From NCBI GenBank assembly GCA_037445065.1, contig JBBILD010000005.1:165124-229123 (forward strand): a stretch of DNA of 64,000 bases. Direction: 5' to 3'. The notes below the pieces were generated by a model. It did not search any database, had not been told where the DNA came from, and worked only from the letters and a program-made list of their open reading frames with translations. Position 1 is the first letter of the stretch. Each line of letters opens with the position of its first letter. The translations under genes and the position numbers were made by a program. This document shows, in pieces, positions 32,308-41,938 of the stretch. This DNA is from Myxococcales bacterium. Its GTDB lineage: Bacteria > Desulfobacterota > Binatia > HRBIN30.

Positions 32308-32412
32308 CTTCACCAGGGAGCGCACGTCACTCTGGCTTCCTGAGTGAGCCCAGAACACACGTGCGGCGGCGTATGTACGATCCTTTGAGAGCGCCGCCAC
32401 CCAGCCCGCCGG

Positions 32413-33552
32413 CTAGACGCGCTCGATGATCGTGGCGATCCCCATGCCGATGCCGATGCACATGGTGACCAAGCCGTAACGCTTGTTTTGCCGTTCGAGT
32501 TCGTCCAGCACCGTGCCGATCAGCATCGCGCCCGTGGCTCCCAGCGGATGCCCGAGAGCGATCGCCCCGCCGTTCACGTTCACTTTTTCTGGGTCCATCC
32601 CGGTTTCCTGCATCACGCACAGCGGAACTGGGGCGAACGCCTCGTTGATCTCGATGAGGTCCATATCGTCCATCTTCATCCCCGCCTTTTTGAGCACTTT
32701 CTTGGTTGCGGGAATCGGGCCCGTAAGCATGATGACCGGCTCGGACCCGACGATCATTTGCTCCACAATGCGGGCGCGGGGCTTGAGATCGAGTTCCTTG
32801 GCCTTCTGCTCGGAAGCGATGAGCACCGCTGCTGCTCCGTCCACGATGCCGCTCGAGTTGCCCGCAGTGATCTTGCCACCCGGCTTAAAGCTCGGTTGCA
32901 AGGCGAGCAAACCCTCGAGCGTCGACTGCGGCCGGACGTGTTCGTCGGTGTCGAACAGGCGCTGCTCGCCGTTGTGAGTTACCGGCACCGGCACGATGCT
33001 CTTCTTGAATCGCCCCTCCTGAATCGCCCGCCAAGCCTTCTGCTGGCTACCGAGGGCGTACTCGTCGAGCTGTTCCCGACTGAAATTCCACTTCTCGGCG
33101 ATCATCTCCGCGGACAGACCCTGCGGCACCAAGTTGTACTTTTCCAGCAGAGAGACCGGCAGAGGCCCCATATCCGACCCCATCGGGACGCGGGTCATGT
33201 GCTCCACACCGCCCGCAACCACCAAGTCTTGCGCCCCCGATCTGACTGCCATGGCAGCAAAGTTCACCGCTTGCTGACCGGAGCCACAAAAGCGATTCAG
33301 AGTCACGCCGGGAATGTCCACCGGCCAGCCAGCCGCCAACACCGCGCCGCGTGCAATGTTGGTTCCTTGCTCTCCGGTTTCCGTGACGCAGCCAATGATC
33401 ACATCGTCAATGTGATTCGGATCGAGATTGTTGCGTTCCACAATGGCCTTGAGGGGCACGCGCAGCAAATCCATGGGATGGACTTCGGACAAGCTGCCTT
33501 TTCGCCGGCCACGCGGCGTTCGGCAGGCATCGATAATCAAAGCTTCGCGCAT
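32413..33552 (-). CDS. Thiolase (acetyl-CoA C-acyltransferase)
   Basis: NRFCGSG, GNSSGIVDGAAA, INEAFA, NGGAIALGHPLGATG, MCIGIGMG. Confidence 0.95.
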   Translation of the reverse strand: MREALIIDACRTPRGRRKGSLSEVHPMDLLRVPLKAIVERNNLDPNHIDDVIIGCVTETGEQGTNIARGAVLAAGWPVDIPGVTLNRFCGSGQQAVNFAAMAVRSGAQDLVVAGGVEHMTRVPMGSDMGPLPVSLLEKYNLVPQGLSAEMIAEKWNFSREQLDEYALGSQQKAWRAIQEGRFKKSIVPVPVTHNGEQRLFDTDEHVRPQSTLEGLLALQPSFKPGGKITAGNSSGIVDGAAAVLIASEQKAKELDLKPRARIVEQMIVGSEPVIMLTGPIPATKKVLKKAGMKMDDMDLIEINEAFAPVPLCVMQETGMDPEKVNVNGGAIALGHPLGATGAMLIGTVLDELERQNKRYGLVTMCIGIGMGIATIIERV

Positions 33553-33691
33553 GGGCTTCGAACTCCTTGCTGACAGGGACTGGAGCGAGCTGCTGCCAGT
33601 GGCGCATCCCTACGTCAAGCGAGGGGGACACCTCCGCAGTCCTGCGCGTAGCGTCTGGCTCGGGCCGCGTGCCAAGGACGAGAGCGCGCAA

Positions 33692-35080
33692 CTATGGCTT
33701 GAGCGACTCGATCTCCTCCAGCATGAGGCTGAGTTCCTGCGCGCGGGGGGACTCCGGCGGCAGGACCGCAAAGGCTTTCCGCCAGTAGTTGACAGCTTGG
33801 GCAAAATCGCCTCGCAGGTAAAACGCTTTGCCAAGATGGTAGAGCCCCGTACCTTCGTCGCCCTGCCGTCCGGCCAGTGTGCCGAGTTGGTAATGCGCAT
33901 CTTCGAAATTGGGAACGAGGCCCACTGCCTGCGCAAAAGCCTCTCGCGCCGCCGTTTCCTCTCCCAAGCCGAGCAGAGCCCTCCCCAATTCGAAGCGCGC
34001 CACCGCATCGCTCGGGTCCTCTTCCACCGCGCGGCGAAGCAAGGGAAGCGCCTTGTCTGCCTGTCGCTCCGCCAAGAAGGTGCGAGCGATTTCTCGCCCG
34101 ACGTCGCGCACCCCCAGCCCTTGTGCTTGCTCGAAGGCAGCACGGGCCAAGTCTGGCTGGCCGGCGTACAAGTAGGCTAAGCCCAACGCGAACCTCTTCT
34201 CCCCGTCTTGCGGCGCGGCTTCCGCCTGTGCCCGATACAGAGACACCGCTTGCGCCGGTGGCTCCAGCAGGGTGCGCAAGCGAACTTGCACTCGCCCCAA
34301 GGAGCGGGCCGGGCGGGCCGCCGCCGAGGCGGCTTGCTGACGGAGCACCGCTTCGAGATTGGTCAACCGCGTTTCGGTGAGCGGGTGAGACAACAAGTAC
34401 GGCGTCTGCGAGGCCGGGCTCCCGCGCTGCTCGTCCAGTAACTTTTTGAAGAAGACAAGCATTCCTTGCGGGTCGTACCCCGCTTCCCGAAGTAACCGCG
34501 CGCCTTGGTAATCCGCCTCTTGCTCCAATTCCCGCTGGTACTGGAGCTGGGTTGCCGCCTGCAGCGCGGCGGTGCCGGCACCGACTTCCGGACGCACTGC
34601 GGCAAGCAGCATACCGAGTATCGCAGCATAGCCCATCGCACGGCTCGCCTCTTGTTGCCTCGCCAGGTGGTGGGAGTGTACGTGAGCGATCTCGTGGCCC
34701 AAGACCCCCGCTACCTCATCCTCCGTCTCCGCCCGCAGCAAGAGACCGGCGTGCACGTAAATCACACCCCCGGGCACGGCAAACGCGTTCACCCGTGCGT
34801 CCCGGGTAACGTAAAACCGGTACTCGAACGGCTGCGGCCCGAGAGCTTTCACCAAGCGCTGGCCGATGCGGTTGACGCACCACAGCACCTCCACGTCGGA
34901 GATCAACGGCAAGCGCGTGCGGGCCTGCAGCTCGAAACGGCGGCCGAGCGAGATCTCTTCACTGACCGACAGCCCTCGTGCGCTGCCCGCCAGCAGAGAA
35001 ACGCCGGCACAAACCGCCAGCGCGCCGCCCACGATCTGGCTTCGCACTCGTCGCACCCAAGCGGTCTGCCTCAACGCCAT
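33692..35080 (-). CDS. bepA: M48 metalloprotease with TPR domain (BepA/YfgC-like)
   Basis: VNAFAVPGG, HEIAH, EQEAD, YLLSHP, C-terminal TPR repeats; signal peptide. Start uncertain. Confidence 0.85.
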   Translation of the reverse strand: MALRQTAWVRRVRSQIVGGALAVCAGVSLLAGSARGLSVSEEISLGRRFELQARTRLPLISDVEVLWCVNRIGQRLVKALGPQPFEYRFYVTRDARVNAFAVPGGVIYVHAGLLLRAETEDEVAGVLGHEIAHVHSHHLARQQEASRAMGYAAILGMLLAAVRPEVGAGTAALQAATQLQYQRELEQEADYQGARLLREAGYDPQGMLVFFKKLLDEQRGSPASQTPYLLSHPLTETRLTNLEAVLRQQAASAAARPARSLGRVQVRLRTLLEPPAQAVSLYRAQAEAAPQDGEKRFALGLAYLYAGQPDLARAAFEQAQGLGVRDVGREIARTFLAERQADKALPLLRRAVEEDPSDAVARFELGRALLGLGEETAAREAFAQAVGLVPNFEDAHYQLGTLAGRQGDEGTGLYHLGKAFYLRGDFAQAVNYWRKAFAVLPPESPRAQELSLMLEEIESLKP

Positions 35081-35283
35081 TGCTGCGCGTACTCCAGCAG
35101 TTCCTCTACCCGCCGCAAACGCCTTGCCCACCACTCCCGCTCCTCGGGCTCGCACGCCGCCAACTCGGCCCGCAAATACCGGCGGCTCGCCTCTAACAAG
35201 GCGACGCACTGGGCGTGCAGTTGTTGGGCGCGCACGCGGCGGCGCGCGGCAACCAGTTGCTCGAATGCGATTACCGTGGCCAT
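35071..35283 (-). CDS. Small hypothetical helical protein (70 aa)
   Basis: GAGGG RBS before ATG; overlaps both trmJ and bepA ends on the same strand; amphipathic helical composition. Confidence 0.55.
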   Translation of the reverse strand: MATVIAFEQLVAARRRVRAQQLHAQCVALLEASRRYLRAELAACEPEEREWWARRLRRVEELLEYAQQWR

Positions 35284-36062
35284 TCTTGCCCTCGCTCTAC
35301 GTCAGCCGAATCCGGTACACTGTGTTCCTCGCCGTTGCAGCGCATCCGCCAACCGCCACCTGCGTACCACTCGATCTGCCGCGCCAATCCCAGCAGAATC
35401 CTCACCTCTCGCTCCTCGAGCCCAGCCCGCCCGAGAATGCGGCGGAAAGCAAATAAAATGTGCTCCGGGTTGCTCTCGTGCAAAAAGCCGATTTTCAGAA
35501 AAGCCGACTTGAGTCGCTGGAAGAGAAACTCGACGCGCTCCGCAGTGGCCCACTTTGGAGTCACAAGCTCCGGCACCTGCGTCGAGGCAAGAAACAGCTC
35601 GTAGCAAACCACGAGGACGGCTTGGGCGAGGTTCAGCGACGGATACTCCGGTGCGGCCGGGATGGTGAGCAAGCGGTGGCACCACTTCAAATCCTCGTTG
35701 CTGAGCCCATGGTCTTCCGGCCCGAACACCACCGCCACCTGGTTCTGGACAGCGCTGGCCAGGATGGCTGGGACGAGCTCGCGCGCAGTCCCGTTCGGGG
35801 CGCGGTACACGCCCCTGCGGCATGTGGTACCTACGACCAGTCCGCAGTCTCGCACCGCATCCTCTAGGCTCCCCACCGTGCGCGTGTGGTCCAGAATGTC
35901 CGCGGCGTGCACAGCCATCGCTCGGGCCCAAAAGTCGCGCTGCATCCGCGGCGCCACCAAAACGAGCTGCGACAAGCCCATGTTCTTCATCGCCCGTGCC
36001 ACCGCTCCCACATTGGCAGCGCCCTGCGGGCGAACCAAAACGATGCGGATCCGCTCCTTCAT
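35271..36062 (-). CDS. trmJ: tRNA (C/U32) 2'-O-methyltransferase, TrmJ/LasT SPOUT family
   Basis: IRIVLVRP...NVGAVARAMKNMG, VFGPEDHGLSN, YPSLNLAQAV. Confidence 0.92.
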   Translation of the reverse strand: MKERIRIVLVRPQGAANVGAVARAMKNMGLSQLVLVAPRMQRDFWARAMAVHAADILDHTRTVGSLEDAVRDCGLVVGTTCRRGVYRAPNGTARELVPAILASAVQNQVAVVFGPEDHGLSNEDLKWCHRLLTIPAAPEYPSLNLAQAVLVVCYELFLASTQVPELVTPKWATAERVEFLFQRLKSAFLKIGFLHESNPEHILFAFRRILGRAGLEEREVRILLGLARQIEWYAGGGWRMRCNGEEHSVPDSADVERGQEWPR

Positions 36063-36323
36063 TGGCCCGCAGCTTAGCACGAGTGCAATACCCGCCGGTA
36101 CGATCGCGCAACACAACATGCTCGCGATGGGCGCCAGCGGAGGGCTCCGCAAAGACCTGCGCGAAGCATTTCTGGCCCCCCGAGTCCGCCCTCACCTGCT
36201 CCTCTTCACTCCGACGGGGACTCACCGATGGGTCTGCACGCAACTGGCGCTGGCATTTCCCCCTGGAAAGCCGTCACGTTCCCGGGGGAAACGGCCCGCT
36301 CCGTGCATAGAGAAGCATTGACC

Positions 36324-36767
36324 TTAGTTGCGCCTCCCTTGCCTCGCTTGGGGCGCAGCACGACCCGCGCTGGTACGCGCCGTACGCCCATCTACAGGCT
36401 CACAACGTCCAGGCCGCGCCGTGGACTTTCCCGAGGCAGCGGGCTCGAAGCGAACAAGAAAGCGAAGGACCCGATCGCTGGCGTTCCGCGCTAGCCAACT
36501 GATCCATGCACCTAACAGTTGCGACCCCCCCGACCGGTCTTCTCCAATCGCGAAGCAAAAACCGTCTTCCAGACGGAAATGGATCTTCCCGTCGTGACGC
36601 TTATGCCGCAACATCGCGGCCCCCGAATTCTTTCCCTTCTTCGTTCGTCGGTCAAATCTCTTGCGTTCGACGACCCGGAAGACGTAACGCGGGTTCGATT
36701 CGATCAGCTGCAAGATCTCCGCAAACGCTTCGGGACGCGTCAGAAACACTTCCGCTCGGAATCGCAT
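36324..36767 (-). CDS. Hypothetical protein (basic, alpha/beta)
   Basis: GGGAGGGG RBS before ATG 36767; plausible globular sequence; no recognisable family. Confidence 0.6.
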   Translation of the reverse strand: MRFRAEVFLTRPEAFAEILQLIESNPRYVFRVVERKRFDRRTKKGKNSGAAMLRHKRHDGKIHFRLEDGFCFAIGEDRSGGSQLLGAWISWLARNASDRVLRFLVRFEPAASGKSTARPGRCEPVDGRTARTSAGRAAPQARQGRRN

Positions 36768-36951
36768 CGCCCCTCCCGACAGCCCAATATCACGCCGTGA
36801 GCGAGAGATTGTTGTCAATCCGGTGAGAATTTTGCACCTGAGGTCCGAGCCCGATGCGAGCTTCCCTGCCGCGCGAAAATGAAGGAATCACGCATCGGAG
36901 AAAGCTCGGCACGGCAAACGCATGGGCCCACCCGGCTCGCACTGCTGCCCC

Positions 36952-37653
36952 CTACAGGCGCTGAACGAGCTGGCGCAAGTCCGTCAACACACGGGCGCTC
37001 GCGGTCGCGCCGCGCGCGATGCGGAAGGCACAAAAGCCAGCGCTCCTCGCCCCGGCCACATCCTCGACCTCCCGGTCGCCGATGTGACAAAGCTGGTGCG
37101 GTGGGAGGCCCAACTCGCTTGCCGCGCGCAGAAAAATGGCCGGATGCGGCTTCGCCGCTCCTACCCGCGACGAGAGCACGATGGCGTCGAACGAGTCGCT
37201 GAGCCCCAAACCGTGCAGGATGCCTTCGAGACGGCGGTCGAAGTTCGACACCACCGCGAGTTTACGTCCGCTCGCTCGTAACGCGGCGAGCGCCGGGGGC
37301 ACGTCCGGGTAGCACTCCCACACGGCCGGGTCGGCAAAGGTATCGTACAGGGTGGTGAAAAAGGCCTCGAAGTGCGCGAACGGGACTCCGCGGAAGGTTT
37401 CCCGCACCACGTTCTGCCACCACCCCTTTTCCCAGCGCTCGAGTTCCGCCTCTTCCACGCCCGGGAAACAAAGGGGTGGGGCACTCTCGTAGGCTTGCCA
37501 AAATTGGCGCTCGATCGTCTCCGGGTTGCAGCTCGCCCCAAAGCGAGCGGCTACCTCGCAGTACAGGTCACCGACACCCCGGCGCAAGCGGATGAGGGTG
37601 CCGGCGGCGTCGAAGGTCACCCCGGCAATGGGACGCGACACGCTGATACCCAC
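36952..37653 (-). CDS. HAD-superfamily hydrolase (subfamily IA, REG-2-like)
   Basis: TFDAAGTL, VVSNFD, AKPHPAIF, HIGDREVEDVAGA; start approximate (37653 or 37641). Confidence 0.9.
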   Translation of the reverse strand: MGISVSRPIAGVTFDAAGTLIRLRRGVGDLYCEVAARFGASCNPETIERQFWQAYESAPPLCFPGVEEAELERWEKGWWQNVVRETFRGVPFAHFEAFFTTLYDTFADPAVWECYPDVPPALAALRASGRKLAVVSNFDRRLEGILHGLGLSDSFDAIVLSSRVGAAKPHPAIFLRAASELGLPPHQLCHIGDREVEDVAGARSAGFCAFRIARGATASARVLTDLRQLVQRL

Positions 37654-37726
37654 CCAGTTGCGTCTCCCACCAAACGGAACGCGCGGGTACCCTGCGCCCT
37701 CTCCCGCAGCGCAACCCCCGCCAAAC

Positions 37727-38935
37727 TCAAGGAATGACCCGCTGCTCCTTGAGGCGAGCGATGTCCTCCCAGGAATAACCAGCTTCCAGCAACACTTGTT
37801 CGGTATCCTGGCCCACTTCGGGTGCCACCCGTCGGACTTCGGTCGGTTCGCCATCGAACTGAACGGGACTGCAGGCCACTTGAAACGGACCGTGTTGCGG
37901 GTGCACGTAATCCACCAAATAACCGTTGGCCAGCACCTGTGGATCTTCGAGCACCTCGAGCGGACTCTGCACGGGAGCGTGCAAGGTGTCGTACTGCAAC
38001 AGCCGCTCGATCCACTGCGCGCGGGTTCGGGTCGCAAAGTGCCGTTCCAACTCGCGCACCAATTCGCGCCGCACTTCCTCCTCGATCCAGCTCGGCAAGG
38101 GAAAGCGCTCCAGTAGGTCGGGCCGCTCCACCGCCCGGCAAAACTCCTCCCAATGCCGCTGTGGGGTCAGCATCATGAGCATCAGCCACTTTTGATCCGC
38201 GCAGAGATATGTATTCATCAAGGGATTCGGGGCGCGCGACCGATCCGCGTGCGGTAGCTCCTGGCCCAAGGCTCGGGCAGCGAGAATGTCGGGCGCCATG
38301 AGCCACACCGCGGTACCGAGCAAGGAGACATCCACGACCGTGGCTTGCCCGGTTTTCTCGCGGTGGTAGAGCGCGGCAGCGATGCCACCAGCAATGAAGG
38401 TGGCGCCAATGGTGTCTCCAAACGCGGCTCGCTGCATAATCGGGGGCTTGCCCGTTTCGGTCAGCATGTGCGCAACCGCTCCCCGGCACCAAAACGAGCC
38501 GGCGTCGAACCCACCCCGCTCGGCCTCCGGCCCGCGCGGGCCCTGCCCGCTTCCGCGAGCGTAAATGAGGCGAGGGTTGATGGCGCGCAAATCGTCCACG
38601 TCGATGCGCAGCTTGCGCCGTGCCGCAGGTAGAAAATTGGTCAGGAACACGTCGGCCGTTTCCACCAAGCGGTAAAGCACCTCGCGCCCGGCCTCCGTGC
38701 TCAGATCCAACCCGACACTACGCTTGTTGCGAGTCCCGTTCTCCACGAAAAAATTCAGACCACGCGCGCCCGGTACGATCCCAGAGTGAATGAGGCCGCG
38801 GAGAGGATCGCCGCGCACCGGGTGCTCGATCTTGATGACGTCCACGCCCCAGTCCGCGAGCACCGTGCCCGCACCCGGGACAAAGAACCACTCGGCTACC
38901 TCGATCAGTCGAACTCCTGCGAGTACCTGGATCAT
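37727..38935 (-). CDS. CaiB/BaiF family CoA-transferase (class III)
   Basis: LADWGVDVIKIEHP..GDPLR, RNKRSVGLDL, INPRLIY, G.GPRGP. Confidence 0.92.
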   Translation of the reverse strand: MIQVLAGVRLIEVAEWFFVPGAGTVLADWGVDVIKIEHPVRGDPLRGLIHSGIVPGARGLNFFVENGTRNKRSVGLDLSTEAGREVLYRLVETADVFLTNFLPAARRKLRIDVDDLRAINPRLIYARGSGQGPRGPEAERGGFDAGSFWCRGAVAHMLTETGKPPIMQRAAFGDTIGATFIAGGIAAALYHREKTGQATVVDVSLLGTAVWLMAPDILAARALGQELPHADRSRAPNPLMNTYLCADQKWLMLMMLTPQRHWEEFCRAVERPDLLERFPLPSWIEEEVRRELVRELERHFATRTRAQWIERLLQYDTLHAPVQSPLEVLEDPQVLANGYLVDYVHPQHGPFQVACSPVQFDGEPTEVRRVAPEVGQDTEQVLLEAGYSWEDIARLKEQRVIP

Positions 38936-39049
38936 GGCCTTCCTCCGCTCGGCTCGCTTGCCACACTTTGCTCGCCTGGGAAAGCACGCGCAAGCGGCGG
39001 ATCACGAGCGCAGCAAAGTGTGCTATGCGGCCGGGCGGAGGAGGTTTTC

Positions 39050-39529
39050 ATGACGATGAAACGCGTGCTGGTACCGATCGATTTTTCCCGGGACTCCCTC
39101 GCGGCGCTCGACTATGCAGTGGAATTCACCAAGCCATTCGATGCCGAACTGCTGCTCTTGCACGTCATTGAGCCGGTGTATTACGCGACCCCAGCGGATT
39201 TGTACGCCACCAGCCCCAACCTGGCGCTGCTCCTCGAAGAACAACGCCGCTCCGCACACCAGCAACTGGAAAAGCTCGTGCGCAAGCTCACGCAGCGAGG
39301 CCGCAAGGCGCGCGCCCTTCTCAAACAGGGCACGCCCGCACAGGTGATCGCGGAATCGGCCGGCCAAACGCCGAAAGCGGATTTGATCATCATGGCGACA
39401 CACGGCAGAACGGGTCTCGCGCACATGCTGCTCGGCAGCGTCACGGAACGAGTGCTGCGCATTGCCAGCTGCCCAGTGCTCGTGGTCCGCGCACCCAAGC
39501 GACGCAGCGCCAAGGCGCGCCGCGCCTGA
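39050..39529 (+). CDS. Universal stress protein (UspA family)
   Basis: VLVPIDFS, DLIIMATHGRTG, LLGSVTERV, CPVLVV; GGAGGAGG RBS. Confidence 0.93.
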   Translation: MTMKRVLVPIDFSRDSLAALDYAVEFTKPFDAELLLLHVIEPVYYATPADLYATSPNLALLLEEQRRSAHQQLEKLVRKLTQRGRKARALLKQGTPAQVIAESAGQTPKADLIIMATHGRTGLAHMLLGSVTERVLRIASCPVLVVRAPKRRSAKARRA

Positions 39530-39761
39530 GCGGCCCTTCTGCCTCGCGCTCCCAGCACGGGCGCGTCCGCTCTCTCCCGCGCGCACCCTTCAGGGCCGCA
39601 CCCCGCCGGGCCAACAGGCCGCTCACACCGCCAACATTGGGATGAGCAGCCAACATCCCTGTTTCCTCTCGACGCCTCCGCCCAACCTGGTTTAAACAAC
39701 AGGCACTCACCGGTGGTCCGGTGATCGCCACCGGGGGGCGAAACAGAATGGATGGACGGTC

Positions 39762-40646
39762 ATGAACGCAGAGCAGCTACAACAAGCGATTCAGGTAGCG
39801 GTTGCGCGGCTCGAGGGCGAAAGCAAGCTGTGCCGGGCAGCGGTGCGTAGCCTCCGTCCCTTCTTGCGAGGCGGCGTGCTGGAAAGCCCGCCACGCTTGC
39901 GACGCGCGCTGCAAGGTCTCGCCAAACTCGGCGACGAGAATTTGCGCAAGCTGGAGCTAGCCTCCGTTCACGCCGCGCTCGAGCAGTGGAGCCAAGAGGC
40001 ACCGCAGCGGCTGCGTGCCGAGTTTGGTCGCCGCCTCAAAGACGCGTGCGCCCAGCGAGGGATTGCCTTCCGCGTCGTGCGGCACGAAGAGCCGTTGGAA
40101 GTGCGCATCCCACCCTTTTCGCTGCTGCTCGACTTCCAGCGCGGCCGCGCCACTTGGCAGTTTGCCCGCGAGCGCTTGCGCGAACTCGATCTCGACATTG
40201 CGCAGGTGTTCAAAGCCTACGACGCGTTGCGTAGCGAACTCGACTGGAAGGGGTTTTCGCCAGCGGATTTCCTTTCTCGCTGCTACCGGGCGTACTCCGA
40301 GGCCTTGTTCGCTCTCGGCAAGCAACGGGGGGAGCGGGTCGAGTTCGAGCACTTTCTCCCGCGGCTCGCGCTGCAGTTGCAACAGCGGAACTTCCTGCGC
40401 AACCCCCGGCAGAAGCTGTTCCGCGAATACTCGCGCGCGCACTTTGCGTACGACGTCTGGCGCCTGCAGCGCGCGGGCCAACTCTCGTACAACGGCTGGC
40501 GGCTCAACCTGGGGGTGGCCACCGGCGACAGCGCCCGGCAGCCGGAACGGGTGATTTACTTCGAAGACGGCGACGGCAACGGCGAGTACAAACTCACCGT
40601 CTTTTTTTCGCGCAGCGAAGTAGCAAGCACGGAGGTCAGCGCATGA
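39762..40646 (+). CDS. Uncharacterised 294-aa protein, first gene of the ATPase-ATPase-helicase module
   Basis: Helical N-terminus, alpha/beta C-terminus (YSRAHFAYDVWRL); no TM segment; ATGA overlap with the next gene. Confidence 0.85.
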   Translation: MNAEQLQQAIQVAVARLEGESKLCRAAVRSLRPFLRGGVLESPPRLRRALQGLAKLGDENLRKLELASVHAALEQWSQEAPQRLRAEFGRRLKDACAQRGIAFRVVRHEEPLEVRIPPFSLLLDFQRGRATWQFARERLRELDLDIAQVFKAYDALRSELDWKGFSPADFLSRCYRAYSEALFALGKQRGERVEFEHFLPRLALQLQQRNFLRNPRQKLFREYSRAHFAYDVWRLQRAGQLSYNGWRLNLGVATGDSARQPERVIYFEDGDGNGEYKLTVFFSRSEVASTEVSA

Positions 40647-41938
40647 ACAGGAACGGGCAAAATGGGCAGAGTGTGCAGATCCATCGCGAACTGGCGCAAC
40701 GGATCATCCATCGCATGGGCGAGACTGGGCAGCCCCCGGAGCGCGGTGCCTTGTACGTAAATGTCGGGACCGGGGATCTCTTGGAGACCCTGCGCGTGGA
40801 GTACCTGCGGCTCATTCGGGCAAGCGGCTTCAATTCGACCTTCAAGCTTGTCCAAGGACCGTTCGGGGCCGGCAAGTCTCACTTTTTATCCTGCTTCCGC
40901 GAAATCGCCTGGCAGGAAGGATTCGCCACCAGTTGGATCGGCGTGTCTCCGAAGGAGTGCCCGTTTTTCGAAATGGACAAGGTGTACCGCGAGGTGGCGC
41001 AGAAGATCGAGTTGCCGCCCGAAAACGAACTGGTGGAGCCCGACCGTGGGATCGACACGGTGCTGCGGCAGGTCGTGGAAAGGCGCCAGCAGGAGACCGA
41101 CCCTGAGGAGCTGCTCCACTGGTTGCGGAACGAATCTCTTCAAGCGCGTGTCGAAAGCCACGCTTGGCGCAAGGCCGCGTTCTTGTACATGGAGTGCCTG
41201 CTTCATCGCCGCTTCGAGCAAGCAGAACTGCTCGCACAGTGGTTGAGAGGCGACAAGGTCCCGCTGAGCGAGGTAGCGCGCTTCGGAGTGCGCGAAGAAC
41301 TCGATGAATCCACCGCTTTTCGCTGGTTGCGCAGCTTGGTCCAGTTTCTGCGGGTGGTGGATATCCCGGGTATCGTGTTGATGTTCGACGAGATGGACCG
41401 GGTGATGAGCGTGTCCCGGCGCCACCGAAAAGCCGTCGGTGACAACCTGCGCCAGCTCATTGACGCCTGCGGGCAAAGTACGCTGCCCGCTGCCGTGATG
41501 ATGTACGCTGCGCCCCCGGAATTCGTTGAACAAATTGTGCCCGAGTACCCGGCGCTCCAGCAACGCTTGAAAGTGACCGTGAAGTTTTCGGCCCATTTGC
41601 CTACGGCGCCGATCATTGACCTCGACCACTTGCCCTTGGAGCCGGTGGCGCTGTTCCGCGCCATCGGAGACCGGCTCATCGAGATTTACGCCGCTGCCTA
41701 CCCAGAAGCCGCGCTCGATCTCGCCTTGCAAAGAAAAAACATGGCTGCGCTCGCAACCCTCATGGGGCCGGAACAATTAGAAGCGAGCCATCGCCGCCTG
41801 TTCGTGCGCGCGGCTGTGTCCCTGCTCGTCGAGCAACACCACAACCGGCAACGGGAATTGGACGACGAGGAGCTGCGCACCCTGGCTGGATCCGCGCAAG
41901 CGGCGAGCCCGCGACTGGAGGGTGAGGAGGTCTTCTGA
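40643..41938 (+). CDS. BrxD/DUF2791-like P-loop ATPase (copy 1)
   Basis: N-terminal GQPP..G...VNVG, FKLVQGPFGAGKSHFL Walker A, VYREV, IVLMFDEMD Walker B, YPALQQRL. Confidence 0.8.
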   Translation: MNRNGQNGQSVQIHRELAQRIIHRMGETGQPPERGALYVNVGTGDLLETLRVEYLRLIRASGFNSTFKLVQGPFGAGKSHFLSCFREIAWQEGFATSWIGVSPKECPFFEMDKVYREVAQKIELPPENELVEPDRGIDTVLRQVVERRQQETDPEELLHWLRNESLQARVESHAWRKAAFLYMECLLHRRFEQAELLAQWLRGDKVPLSEVARFGVREELDESTAFRWLRSLVQFLRVVDIPGIVLMFDEMDRVMSVSRRHRKAVGDNLRQLIDACGQSTLPAAVMMYAAPPEFVEQIVPEYPALQQRLKVTVKFSAHLPTAPIIDLDHLPLEPVALFRAIGDRLIEIYAAAYPEAALDLALQRKNMAALATLMGPEQLEASHRRLFVRAAVSLLVEQHHNRQRELDDEELRTLAGSAQAASPRLEGEEVF

